NCBI GenBank assembly: GCA_038210825.1
Contig: JBBQWG010000042.1
Span: 145-64,144 of the forward strand
Source of the DNA: Verrucomicrobiales bacterium
Lineage (GTDB): Bacteria; Verrucomicrobiota; Verrucomicrobiia; Verrucomicrobiales; V1-33
Direction of reading: 5' to 3'
DNA: 64,000 nucleotides
This document shows positions 1 through 7,823 of the stretch, piece by piece; within the stretch, counting starts at the first letter, position 1; every line of letters starts with the position of its first letter. The notes under the pieces are model-generated. The model was given only the letters and a program-made list of their open reading frames with translations, had not been told where the DNA came from and made no database searches. The translations under genes were made by a program, and so were the position numbers.

Positions 1-326
1 AGACGGATCGCCTCTTCCATCGCCGCAAAAGCCGTGGATTGCCCCAGTTTCAGATTCGCATTCCAGATCTTCGAAGCCGCAAATTTGGACGGCAGTTCCT
101 CAATCACCGCTCCCGGCACACAACCCCCGGCTTTGCTGCCGAAATGTTCATCCAAATGCAGCGCTTTGATCCCGTTGTGGGTGCGGATGCCGTGGGTGCT
201 GGCCATCTCGCAAAAACGCGCCGCATCCGCCGCTTCATCTGCAGTATATCCCCGGTGCAGGTAGGCGGCGGCGATGAGATCGCGGTGCAAGGCGTGCGGG
301 ACAACGTAAAATCCGGTGGCAGACAT
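1..326 (-). CDS. Ldh2-family (malate/L-lactate/sulfolactate-type) oxidoreductase, N-terminal part; 3' end runs off the window
   Basis: Absent from the ORF track because there is no stop in the window. Reverse-strand ATG at 326-324 opens a frame that stays open to position 1: MSATGFYVVPHALHRDLIAAAYLHRGYTADEAADAARFCEMASTHGIRTHNGIKALHLDEHFG... The S-x-HG-I-R-x-H block resembles the Ldh_2 family N-terminus as I remember it. Confidence 0.5.
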   Translation of the reverse strand, partial: MSATGFYVVPHALHRDLIAAAYLHRGYTADEAADAARFCEMASTHGIRTHNGIKALHLDEHFGSKAGGCVPGAVIEELPSKFAASKIWNANLKLGQSTAFAAMEEAIR

Positions 327-536
327 AAGGCCCTCTGCCGTAGGCGGATTTGCCTCCGGTGCAAGCCGGTTCCCGCAGGCGTTCCCTACCCACCATGTCG
401 TTAAACGCGTCTCTCAGGCTTGGGCGGGCGTTTTGGAAATTTGAAAGGACGGGTCTTCCCTGCCCGTCTTTTCACACGGTTTCCGGCACAGCATCCGCTT
501 CATTTTCGATTCCACCCCTTCCCCCTCCCTACCGCC

Positions 537-1889
537 ATGTCCCACGATTTTTCCCGCCGCCGTTTTCTCCGGGGTTTCGGAACCCTGATGGCGCTGCCTG
601 CCTTGGAGGCCACCGCTCCCTTTGCGGCCCGTGCCGCCACCGCCGCCAAAACCGGTGCCAATACCAGCCTGCCCCTGCGCATGGCATTCGTGTATTCGCC
701 CAATGGCAAGAACATGGAGCACTGGAAGCCGAAAAAGGACGGCTCTTCCTACGAACTGAGCCGCGCCCTTGCCCCGCTCAAGGACTATCAGTCCGATTTC
801 CAGGTCATTTCCGGCCTCAAACATGAAAAAGCCCGGGCCAATGGCGATGGCGGCGGGGACCATGCCCGGGCTAATGCCAGCTTCCTCACCGGGGTGCAGG
901 CCCGCAAGACCTCCGGGGCCGACATCCGCAATGGGATCTCCATCGACCAGGTGGCCGCCAATGACATCGGCCAGCTCACCCGCCTGCCTTCTTTGGAATT
1001 GAGCTGTGACGAAGCCCGCCGCGCCGGCAACTGCGACAGTGGCTATTCCTGTTCCTATCAATTCAATCTGGCATGGAAGAGCGAGACCACCCCCCTCGCC
1101 CCGGAACGCGATCCCAAACTCGCCTTCGAACGGCTATTCGGCGGTGGTCAGGGCACGGAAGAAGACGCCGCCCGCGCCAAACGCGAATTCTTCAACAAGA
1201 GCGTGCTCGACTTTGTCATGGACGACGCCAAGTCCCTCCAGCGCCACCTTGGTTATACGGACAAACAAAAGCTCGACGAATACCTGTCGTCGGTCCGCGA
1301 CATCGAACGCCGCCTGACCAATGCGGACAAGTTCTCCAAGAGCATGCCGGACTACAAAAAGCCCACCGGCATCCCCACGAGCTACGAAGAGCACATCCGC
1401 CTCATGTTTGATCTCCAGGTGCTCGCCTTCCAGACGGACACCACCCGGATCTCCACTTTCCTCCTGGCCCACGACGGCTCGAACCGCAGCTTCCCGGAAA
1501 TCGGGGTGCCGGATGCCCACCACGGCATTTCCCACCACCAGCACAATGCGGAAAAGCTTGAGAAGATCGCCAAGATCGACGAATTCTACAGCGGGCAGTT
1601 TGCTTATTTTCTGGGCAAGCTCAAAGGCATCAAGGAAGGCAACGGCACCTTGCTAGACAATTGCATGATCGTCTTCGGCAGCGGCATCAGCGATCCCGAC
1701 CGCCACAGCCACGATGATCTGCCCGTAATCCTCGCCGGCGGCGGTGGCGGCACCCTCAAAAAAGGACGCCACCTGCGCCTCCGCGAGGACACCCCAATGT
1801 GCAATCTATACCTTTCCATGATGGACCGCATGGGGGTCAAAACCGCGCGCTTTGGCGACAGCACGGGCAAGCTGGAAGCCATCGGCTAG
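537..1889 (+). CDS. DUF1552 domain-containing protein with twin-arginine signal peptide
   Basis: Lies in ORF 420-1889. The internal ATG at 537 gives MSHDFSRRRFLRGFGTLMALPALEA (Tat motif SRRRFL). The body (..HDGSNRSFPEIGVPDAHHGISHHQH..) matches the PVC-typical DUF1552 family. The usual large DUF1592-type partner is not upstream; a divergent Ldh2 gene is there instead. Confidence 0.85.
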   Translation: MSHDFSRRRFLRGFGTLMALPALEATAPFAARAATAAKTGANTSLPLRMAFVYSPNGKNMEHWKPKKDGSSYELSRALAPLKDYQSDFQVISGLKHEKARANGDGGGDHARANASFLTGVQARKTSGADIRNGISIDQVAANDIGQLTRLPSLELSCDEARRAGNCDSGYSCSYQFNLAWKSETTPLAPERDPKLAFERLFGGGQGTEEDAARAKREFFNKSVLDFVMDDAKSLQRHLGYTDKQKLDEYLSSVRDIERRLTNADKFSKSMPDYKKPTGIPTSYEEHIRLMFDLQVLAFQTDTTRISTFLLAHDGSNRSFPEIGVPDAHHGISHHQHNAEKLEKIAKIDEFYSGQFAYFLGKLKGIKEGNGTLLDNCMIVFGSGISDPDRHSHDDLPVILAGGGGGTLKKGRHLRLREDTPMCNLYLSMMDRMGVKTARFGDSTGKLEAIG

Positions 1890-1893
1890 GTTA

Positions 1894-2658
1894 ATGGAAA
1901 AGCCCCCCATCATCCGGCTGGAGCAGTTGGAAAAAACCTACACCAGCGGGGAGTCGAAGGTTCACGCGGTGCGTCAGCTCACCCGGGAAATCCATGCCGG
2001 GGAGTTTGTCGCCATCATGGGATCCAGCGGCTCCGGGAAGTCCACCCTTATGAATATCATCGGCTGCCTGGACCGCCCCACCGCCGGAAAATACTATCTG
2101 GACGGCCTCGACGTGTCCAAGCTGAACCGGAACCAGTTGGCAGATGTCAGAAACCAGAAGATCGGTTTTGTTTTTCAGGGGTTCAACCTGCTGAGCCGGA
2201 CCACGGCCCTTGAGAACGTGGAACTTCCCATGCTCTACCATCACGGTGGCCTGACCCCGCGCCAGCAGCATGACAAGGCCCGCCATGTCCTTGATCTGGT
2301 AGGACTGGCAGAGCGCTGGGATCATCTTCCCAACCAGCTTTCCGGCGGCCAGCAACAGCGGGTCGCCATCGCCCGGGCCCTCATCAATGATCCGGTGCTG
2401 CTGCTCGCCGACGAACCCACCGGCAACCTCGACAGCCGCACCAGCATTGAGATCATGGGCCTTTTCCAGAAGCTCAATGACCAGGGCATTACCATCGTGA
2501 TGGTCACCCACGAGCCTGACATCGCGGCCTTCACCCGCCGCAACATCCTCATGCGCGACGGCCAGATCCGCGAGGACTTCCCGGTCATGGTCCGCAGCAA
2601 TGCAGCACTCGAAATTGAACGCCTCAATGGGGCGGACTACGCCCTCGCCGCAGTCTGA
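1894..2658 (+). CDS. ABC transporter ATP-binding protein (MacB/LolD-like)
   Basis: Walker [10 protein letters not shown], signature [15 protein letters not shown], Walker [13 protein letters not shown] and H-loop VTHE. ATG 1894 ([12 protein letters not shown]) lies 4 nt after the upstream stop. No FtsX-type permease gene follows. Confidence 0.9.
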   Translation: MEKPPIIRLEQLEKTYTSGESKVHAVRQLTREIHAGEFVAIMGSSGSGKSTLMNIIGCLDRPTAGKYYLDGLDVSKLNRNQLADVRNQKIGFVFQGFNLLSRTTALENVELPMLYHHGGLTPRQQHDKARHVLDLVGLAERWDHLPNQLSGGQQQRVAIARALINDPVLLLADEPTGNLDSRTSIEIMGLFQKLNDQGITIVMVTHEPDIAAFTRRNILMRDGQIREDFPVMVRSNAALEIERLNGADYALAAV

Positions 2659-3045
2659 CCCGGAATAGGTGCAGAGATGGCATGCGCCGCACTAACACCT
2701 CCGAAGCCCGCACTGCCCCCCACAGAGCGCGGCCTTGCAGGCCGCCCCGGCAGCCCTGGATTGGACCGGTTCGAAGCTGCTGTCATCCTTCGGGCCACGA
2801 TGGCACAGCACACCCAAGGGCAAATCCGCCGCCCTTGGATCCACTGGGGTTTGCGACACCGACCCCGCCCTCGACGCCATGGGCAATGCCATGGTTCTGC
2901 CGGTGCTCCGGGGCGGACTGCAAGTCCGCGCTCCCGCAGAGTGGCCCCTTGCTGTGAGGCGGTTTTCCCGCTCTTGTTGCCGTTGGGCTTGTGCCGTTGC
3001 CTTTAGCCTTTTTCATTTTACCACGAGTCACTTCAAGCTCTCCCC

Positions 3046-4449
3046 ATGCCTCTGACCCTTTTTGACACCATGTCCCGCGCCGCGCGCGGGCTGACGCCTC
3101 TGGATGGCGCGACCTACCGGTTTTACGCCTGCGGGCCGACGGTTTACGGGCCGGCGCATATAGGGAATTTCCGCACCTTTGTGCTGCAGGATCTCTTCCG
3201 GCGGGTGCTGGAACTGGGAGGCACGCCGACCAAACATGTGCGCAACCTGACGGATGTGGACGACAAGACGATCCGGGCCTCGCAGGAACAGGGTCAAAGC
3301 CTGACAGATTTCACGGAGCACTGGACGAAGCTTTTCCATGCGGACTGCACCGCGCTGCACTGCCTGCCGCCTCATGTGGAACCCAGCGCGGTGGCACACA
3401 TCCCGCATCAGGTCATGATGATCCAGGATCTGATGGCCCGCGGGCATGCCTATGCGGCGGCGGATGGGTCGGTGTATTTCAAAATCGCCTCCTACCCGGA
3501 GTATGGCCGGCTTTCCCGGGTCAAGGAACGGGAACTGAAACAAGGGGTCTCGGTGGCGGAGGACGAATATGAAAAGGACACCATGGGCGACTTCGCGCTG
3601 TGGAAGGCGCGCAAACCGGAGGATGGACCTAACTTTTGGCCTTCGCCGTGGGGGGAGGGACGCCCGGGCTGGCATCTGGAGTGCTCGGCCATGATCCGCG
3701 AATATCTGGGAGATACGTTTGATCTGCACTCCGGCGGGGTGGATCTGGTCTTCCCTCATCACGAAAATGAGATCGCCCAGAGCGAATGCTGCGGCGGCAG
3801 GCCCGGATTTGCGGCGCACTGGTTTCACATCACCCATCTGCTGGTGGACGGCAAAAAAATGAGCAAGAGTTTGGGCAATCTCCACACCCTGGCCGATCTC
3901 ATGGCCAAAGGTTACAGCCCGGAGGAAGTGCGCTATGTCCTGACCGCTGCCCATTACCGCGCCCAGTTGAATTTTACCTTTGATTCGCTCGATGGAGCGC
4001 GTCAGGCCATGACCAAACTGTCCCGGGCCGAACAGGCTCTTGCCGCCCGTGCTGGTCAGGAGAAGGCTCCCGTTTATGAAGCCCTGACGGGTCAGGATCC
4101 CGGTCCTTTTGCGCTGGCGTGGACGGCGTTGCATCAGGACCTGAACACGGCTGAAGCCCTCGGTCACGTGTTCACGACCTTGAAGTCCCTGAAAGCTGAA
4201 GCCATGGCACCTGACACTGCCATGGCTGCGTGGCGCGGTCTTCATCTGATTCTTGCCGCGTTTGGCATGGTGCTGCCTCAGGAAATGGCAAGCGAGGTGC
4301 CGGATGAGGTCCGGGCAATCGCCGAATCCCGCTGGGCCGCCCGCACGTCGAAGAATTGGGCGGAATCCGACCGCTTGCGTGGTGAGTTGGATGCCATGGG
4401 CTGGGCCATGAAGGATGGCCGGGAGGATTACACGCTGAGCCGGAAATGA
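3046..4449 (+). CDS. cysS: cysteine--tRNA ligase
   Basis: Class I aaRS motifs HIGN (GPAHIGNFRT) and KMSKS (KKMSKSLGN), plus GWHLECS. Length is 467 aa. Confidence 0.97.
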   Translation: MPLTLFDTMSRAARGLTPLDGATYRFYACGPTVYGPAHIGNFRTFVLQDLFRRVLELGGTPTKHVRNLTDVDDKTIRASQEQGQSLTDFTEHWTKLFHADCTALHCLPPHVEPSAVAHIPHQVMMIQDLMARGHAYAAADGSVYFKIASYPEYGRLSRVKERELKQGVSVAEDEYEKDTMGDFALWKARKPEDGPNFWPSPWGEGRPGWHLECSAMIREYLGDTFDLHSGGVDLVFPHHENEIAQSECCGGRPGFAAHWFHITHLLVDGKKMSKSLGNLHTLADLMAKGYSPEEVRYVLTAAHYRAQLNFTFDSLDGARQAMTKLSRAEQALAARAGQEKAPVYEALTGQDPGPFALAWTALHQDLNTAEALGHVFTTLKSLKAEAMAPDTAMAAWRGLHLILAAFGMVLPQEMASEVPDEVRAIAESRWAARTSKNWAESDRLRGELDAMGWAMKDGREDYTLSRK

Positions 4450-4527
4450 GGCGGATCCCGGATTCCCGCTGCGGAGCAGCAGGAAGTCATGACCCGTCCC
4501 CGCAGCATAAACACCGGCTCTGCCGGT

Positions 4528-4586
4528 TGAGGAGGGTCAACATTCTGTTGACCCGGAACATGCGGACAGAATGTCCGCCCTCCTCA
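4528..4586. repeat. REP/MITE-like structured palindromic element, copy 1
   Basis: TGAGGAGG-GTCAACATTCTGTTGAC-CCGGAACAT-GCGGACAGAATGTCCGC-CCTCCTCA. It has 9-bp terminal inverted repeats around two hairpins. It is the reverse complement of the element at 13156-13210. Confidence 0.8.
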
Positions 4587-4675
4587 TGCGGAAGATCCCA
4601 TTTTTTCCGGCAAGTTTACCTGGCCATATTTTGTTAAATGCGGTTTCCCATGCGCTGGCGATGAGGGTTCAGCGC

Positions 4676-4725
4676 AAACAAAAAAGAGGGCGGAACCATG
4701 GGTCCGCCCTCTTTTAAAGTTTTTA
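4676..4725. terminator. bidirectional rho-independent terminator between convergent cysS and the lipoprotein gene
   Basis: The 10-bp stem AGAGGGCGGA (4685-4694) pairs with TCCGCCCTCT (4703-4712). It is preceded by an A-run (caaacaaaaaa) and followed by TTTT..TTTTT. Confidence 0.75.
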
Positions 4726-4750
4726 CAGGTGCTGTCGCGCAGCTTGATGC

Positions 4751-4957
4751 CTAGCGGGAAGTTGGCAATCCAAAGGGAGAGGAGATCTCGCTGGCTTTGG
4801 TAGGCCGGCTCCATGAGAGGTCGCTGGCCTCCTCGCCTGGCAACGGGGGGCGGGTTTTCTTTTTCTTGCGGCCGCCGTCGGTCGATTCGCAGGCACCCAG
4901 CAGCATTACGGCGCAGGAGGCCAGGAGAAAAAAACGGAACGGTTTCACGCCAATCAC
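4751..4957 (-). CDS. small lipoprotein (68 aa)
   Basis: MIGVKPFRFFLLASCAVMLLGAC|ESTDGG has a signal peptide with lipobox LLGAC. It starts 21 nt downstream of the 4979-5764 gene on the same strand. A longer overlapping ORF (4584-4961) has no such features. Confidence 0.45.
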   Translation of the reverse strand: MIGVKPFRFFLLASCAVMLLGACESTDGGRKKKKTRPPLPGEEASDLSWSRPTKASEISSPFGLPTSR

Positions 4958-4978
4958 GCACAGGGTTGGAAAGGTGCC

Positions 4979-5764
4979 TTAAGTCGGGCTGTTTTCGAAG
5001 ATGACTTGATCTCCAGGCTGGATGGCAAATCCGGGAGTGATGCTCTTGGTGATAATATCAGCGACGGTAGTGTTGCCGCCGATCTGGACAATATTGAGCT
5101 TGCCGATGAGTTGGGATCCGCGTTTCACGAGGAGCCGGGACTCGCTGGTGACGCCTTGATTCTGGCCGAGATTGACGATGACAAAACCGAAGTCAGGATT
5201 GACGGCCGAAATGGTGCCGGTGCGGCTGGCGAGGTTGATAGCCTTGGCCCGGGTTGCCTGCTGCTGCTTCAGGCGCGTGACGAGAGATTGGCTGTCAGCG
5301 GCGGCTTTCTTGGCAATTTCAGCTTCCTTCGAGACCTGATCCGTCTCTTCAACCTTGGCATCGTTTTCCTTTTTCAGGGCTTCGGTCTTGGCCGCGAGTT
5401 CTTCCGGGGTGCCGGAGGTTCCCAAAATGCGGGTGATTTCCTCCTGCATGGCCTGCTTTTTCGCCCCGATTTCTTCGGTCTCTTTCTTGGTGGCCTCAAG
5501 TTCTTCTTCCTTGCCTTTGGTTTCGCTGGCAAGAGACTTGGTTTGCAGATCTTCGTTTTTAGCGTTCTTGCTGGTCGAAACGAAGGTTTCGTCGATGGCC
5601 GAAGTTTCCGCATTTCGGGCGGTAACCTGCTCGTGCAGCGTGAGGGTCTCGCGGTTCAAACCGTCCTTTTGCAGGCGCAGGTCCTTGAGACTGGCGCGCG
5701 TCATGACGGAGAGAACCGCTCCGCCGATGGCACCAAGCATTCCGAGGATAATAAGAGGCTTCAT
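4979..5764 (-). CDS. membrane-anchored coiled-coil protein with conserved C-terminal beta-rich domain (paralog A)
   Basis: N-terminal TM helix MKPLIILGMLGAIGGAVLSVM, then a K/E/T-rich coiled-coil segment. The C-terminal module is ISAVNPDFGFVIVNLGQNQGV...LLVKRGSQLIGKLNIVQIGGNTTVADI...QPGDQV. It is a paralog of the 5803-6795 product. Confidence 0.75.
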   Translation of the reverse strand: MKPLIILGMLGAIGGAVLSVMTRASLKDLRLQKDGLNRETLTLHEQVTARNAETSAIDETFVSTSKNAKNEDLQTKSLASETKGKEEELEATKKETEEIGAKKQAMQEEITRILGTSGTPEELAAKTEALKKENDAKVEETDQVSKEAEIAKKAAADSQSLVTRLKQQQATRAKAINLASRTGTISAVNPDFGFVIVNLGQNQGVTSESRLLVKRGSQLIGKLNIVQIGGNTTVADIITKSITPGFAIQPGDQVIFENSPT

Positions 5765-5802
5765 AGAAAAATGGGAAAAAGGAAAAGAAGAATGGTGGCG
5801 GA

Positions 5803-6795
5803 TTACTGGGCCATCGGAGTCTCAGCCGGCTCGACTGGGGTGTCGGCAGCCGGAGCCTCCGGTGCGCCAGCGGGAGCCTCAGGAGCGGCAGGAGCCCCGT
5901 CGGTGGGAGGGGCAAAAGGATCGGCGGGGGCGGCTTCAGGGGCCGGGGCCGCACCTGGGGCAGCGGGCGTAGCGGGCCGGGGAGCGGCTGGAGCGGCTGG
6001 AACCCGGATATTCGAAGGCAAGGAGGCGGTCCCGGTCTTCACCTGGTCGCCTGGCAGGATGGAATCCCCGGGAGCGACCGAACCGGGAACGATCTCTGCC
6101 GAGGAGGAGCTGGGCGAAACGTGGGTCACGACCAATTTGCCAACCACAGAATTGCCACGGACGACATCCAGCTTGGCTTGGCGGGTGACAGAAGCCGAGT
6201 TCCCGGCACCGATCGTGACAAAACCCCAATCCGGATTGACGGCTGTGACCCGGCTGCGGAAAGTGGGAGCCATCGTTCCCGTCTGCTGCCAGAGGTCAAT
6301 GCGTTTGATCTCGGCAATTTGTTTGTCGAGGGTGGCCTTGGAGGCCAAACTATTCTCGATGGCCGCTTTGGCGGTGGCAATTTGTTTGTCGTATTCGATG
6401 CGTTTGGCTTCCTGGGCCTTGAGTTCCGCGACCATGGCTTCAATCCCGCCCAGATCCTTCATTTTGGCTTCCTGGTCTGCAAGATCCTTCGCGGCGGCTT
6501 CCTTGGCCACGGTCGCCTCTTCCACCATTTTGGCAATTTCTTCCTTCTTGGCGGCTGCTTCAGCCTTGGCCCGCTCGGCTTTGGACAATCCGTCCTTGGC
6601 TTTTTCGAGTTCTGTTTCCGCCGTTTTGAAAGCGGCTTCCGCATCCAGCTTCAGTTTTTCGGACTTCGCTTTATTTTCCTCGGCATTGGCCACCTGTGTC
6701 CGCTCGGCAATCAGAACGGGGCGCACTTGAGTGTAAGTGATGCCACCGGCGGCGAGGAGAGACACGCCTGAAACTATCGATAAGGGCTTCCACAT
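5803..6795 (-). CDS. membrane-anchored coiled-coil protein with conserved C-terminal beta-rich domain and Ala/Pro-rich tail (paralog B)
   Basis: TM helix MWKPLSIVSGVSLLAAGGITY, a long A/K/E coiled coil, then VTAVNPDWGFVTIGAGNSASV...LDVVRGNSVVGKLVVTHVSPSSSSAEI...LPGDQV, followed by a PAAPAAP-type tail. Confidence 0.75.
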   Translation of the reverse strand: MWKPLSIVSGVSLLAAGGITYTQVRPVLIAERTQVANAEENKAKSEKLKLDAEAAFKTAETELEKAKDGLSKAERAKAEAAAKKEEIAKMVEEATVAKEAAAKDLADQEAKMKDLGGIEAMVAELKAQEAKRIEYDKQIATAKAAIENSLASKATLDKQIAEIKRIDLWQQTGTMAPTFRSRVTAVNPDWGFVTIGAGNSASVTRQAKLDVVRGNSVVGKLVVTHVSPSSSSAEIVPGSVAPGDSILPGDQVKTGTASLPSNIRVPAAPAAPRPATPAAPGAAPAPEAAPADPFAPPTDGAPAAPEAPAGAPEAPAADTPVEPAETPMAQ

Positions 6796-7176
6796 AATCT
6801 TTTTGGGTCCGGGTCTGTTTTAAAAAAAATCGGTCTCTTCCGTTTAAAGAGGATCGGAATCGAACACAACACGAATTTCCGGGCCCGTGGCAAGATTTTT
6901 CATGCACCCCCATCGAAATCGTCCCGTTTCTGAAAGCACCATGAAAAAAGGGAGCTGCCGCATTTCCGGCTTGCTCCTGCCGTGTGCAGTGTCACGCTGG
7001 CACTGCTGTCAGGGGCTATGGAGTGCCGGCGGGCAAACCCCGCCAGGTCCTGACGGAAGCAACGGTAGTTCGTCCGGTTCTGCCGTAGTTCTCTGGCAGC
7101 ACCTCTTTTTCCATGGAGTTCTCCTTCGGGGAGTCCCGGCAGTTGACGCCCCCGTCCCACGCTTTACTTTCGGCCC

Positions 7177-7650
7177 ATGACCTCGTCCCTCAGCCCGGCT
7201 ATCCTTTCCAGGGTCGAAGAATTCATCGCCACCAAAGGACTGCGCCGCACCCGGCAGCGCGATGTGATCATTGAAGCCGCCTTCAATACCACAGACCACT
7301 TCACCGCCGATGAACTTTGGGAACGCGCCCGGAAGATTGATCCTACCGCATCCCGCGCCACCCTCTACCGCACCCTGAGCCTGCTGGTGGAAAGCGGGCT
7401 GCTCAAGGAAATTGACCTCGGCCGCGACCAGACTTATTATGACCCCAATTTTGTGGATCATCCTCACCACAACCACCTGATTTGCCTTGATTGCCAAAAA
7501 GTGGTGGAATTTGAGGACATGCACATGAGTCTGCTGGAAGACTGCATCACCCGCCGGCTGGGCTTCAGGCCGGAAACCAGTTCGGTGCGGATTGAGGCCA
7601 GTTGCGATGAATTGCGCGCCAAAGGAGTCTGCGAACGGCGTCGGGCTTGA
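7177..7650 (+). CDS. Fur family transcriptional regulator
   Basis: RRTRQRDVIIEAAF...HFTADELWERARKIDPTASRATLYRTLSLLVESGLL (winged helix) and the HPHHNHLICLDCQKVVEF metal site. Subfamily (Fur/Zur/PerR) is not resolvable by eye. Confidence 0.9.
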   Translation: MTSSLSPAILSRVEEFIATKGLRRTRQRDVIIEAAFNTTDHFTADELWERARKIDPTASRATLYRTLSLLVESGLLKEIDLGRDQTYYDPNFVDHPHHNHLICLDCQKVVEFEDMHMSLLEDCITRRLGFRPETSSVRIEASCDELRAKGVCERRRA

Positions 7651-7823
7651 ACAGCGGGTATCGCACCTGTGGGACGTTGGCCTGATTAAATTGACAGGCC
7701 CGGGCGGCCCAAAGCGTCTTCTGCCAAGGTCTTGCCGTCATTCCAGGAAAGCAGCTTGGCATTTTCGCCGCTGACCCTTAACGTCGTCCAGCGATCCTCC
7801 CCCAATACCGCCCCCTTTTCCCC

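Noticed and set aside
2783-3031. 82-aa minus-strand ORF (MTRGKMKKAKGNGTSPTATRAGKPP...) in the 387-bp gap before cysS
   Set aside because: Its start would lie 15 nt from the divergent cysS start, leaving no room for promoters. It has no motif, signal peptide or recognisable family. It is kept only as a weak possibility of a small basic protein.
3028-4245. 405-aa minus-strand ORF opposite cysS
   Set aside because: It is entirely antisense to a gene with unambiguous HIGN/KMSKS motifs, and its R/G/P-rich product has no recognisable features.
5006-6730. 574-aa plus-strand ORF, the longest ORF in this area
   Set aside because: It runs antisense across both coiled-coil genes and the spacer between them. 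Its product is low-complexity (G/A/L/F runs) with no motifs. It is the typical shadow ORF of a high-GC, repetitive-codon region.
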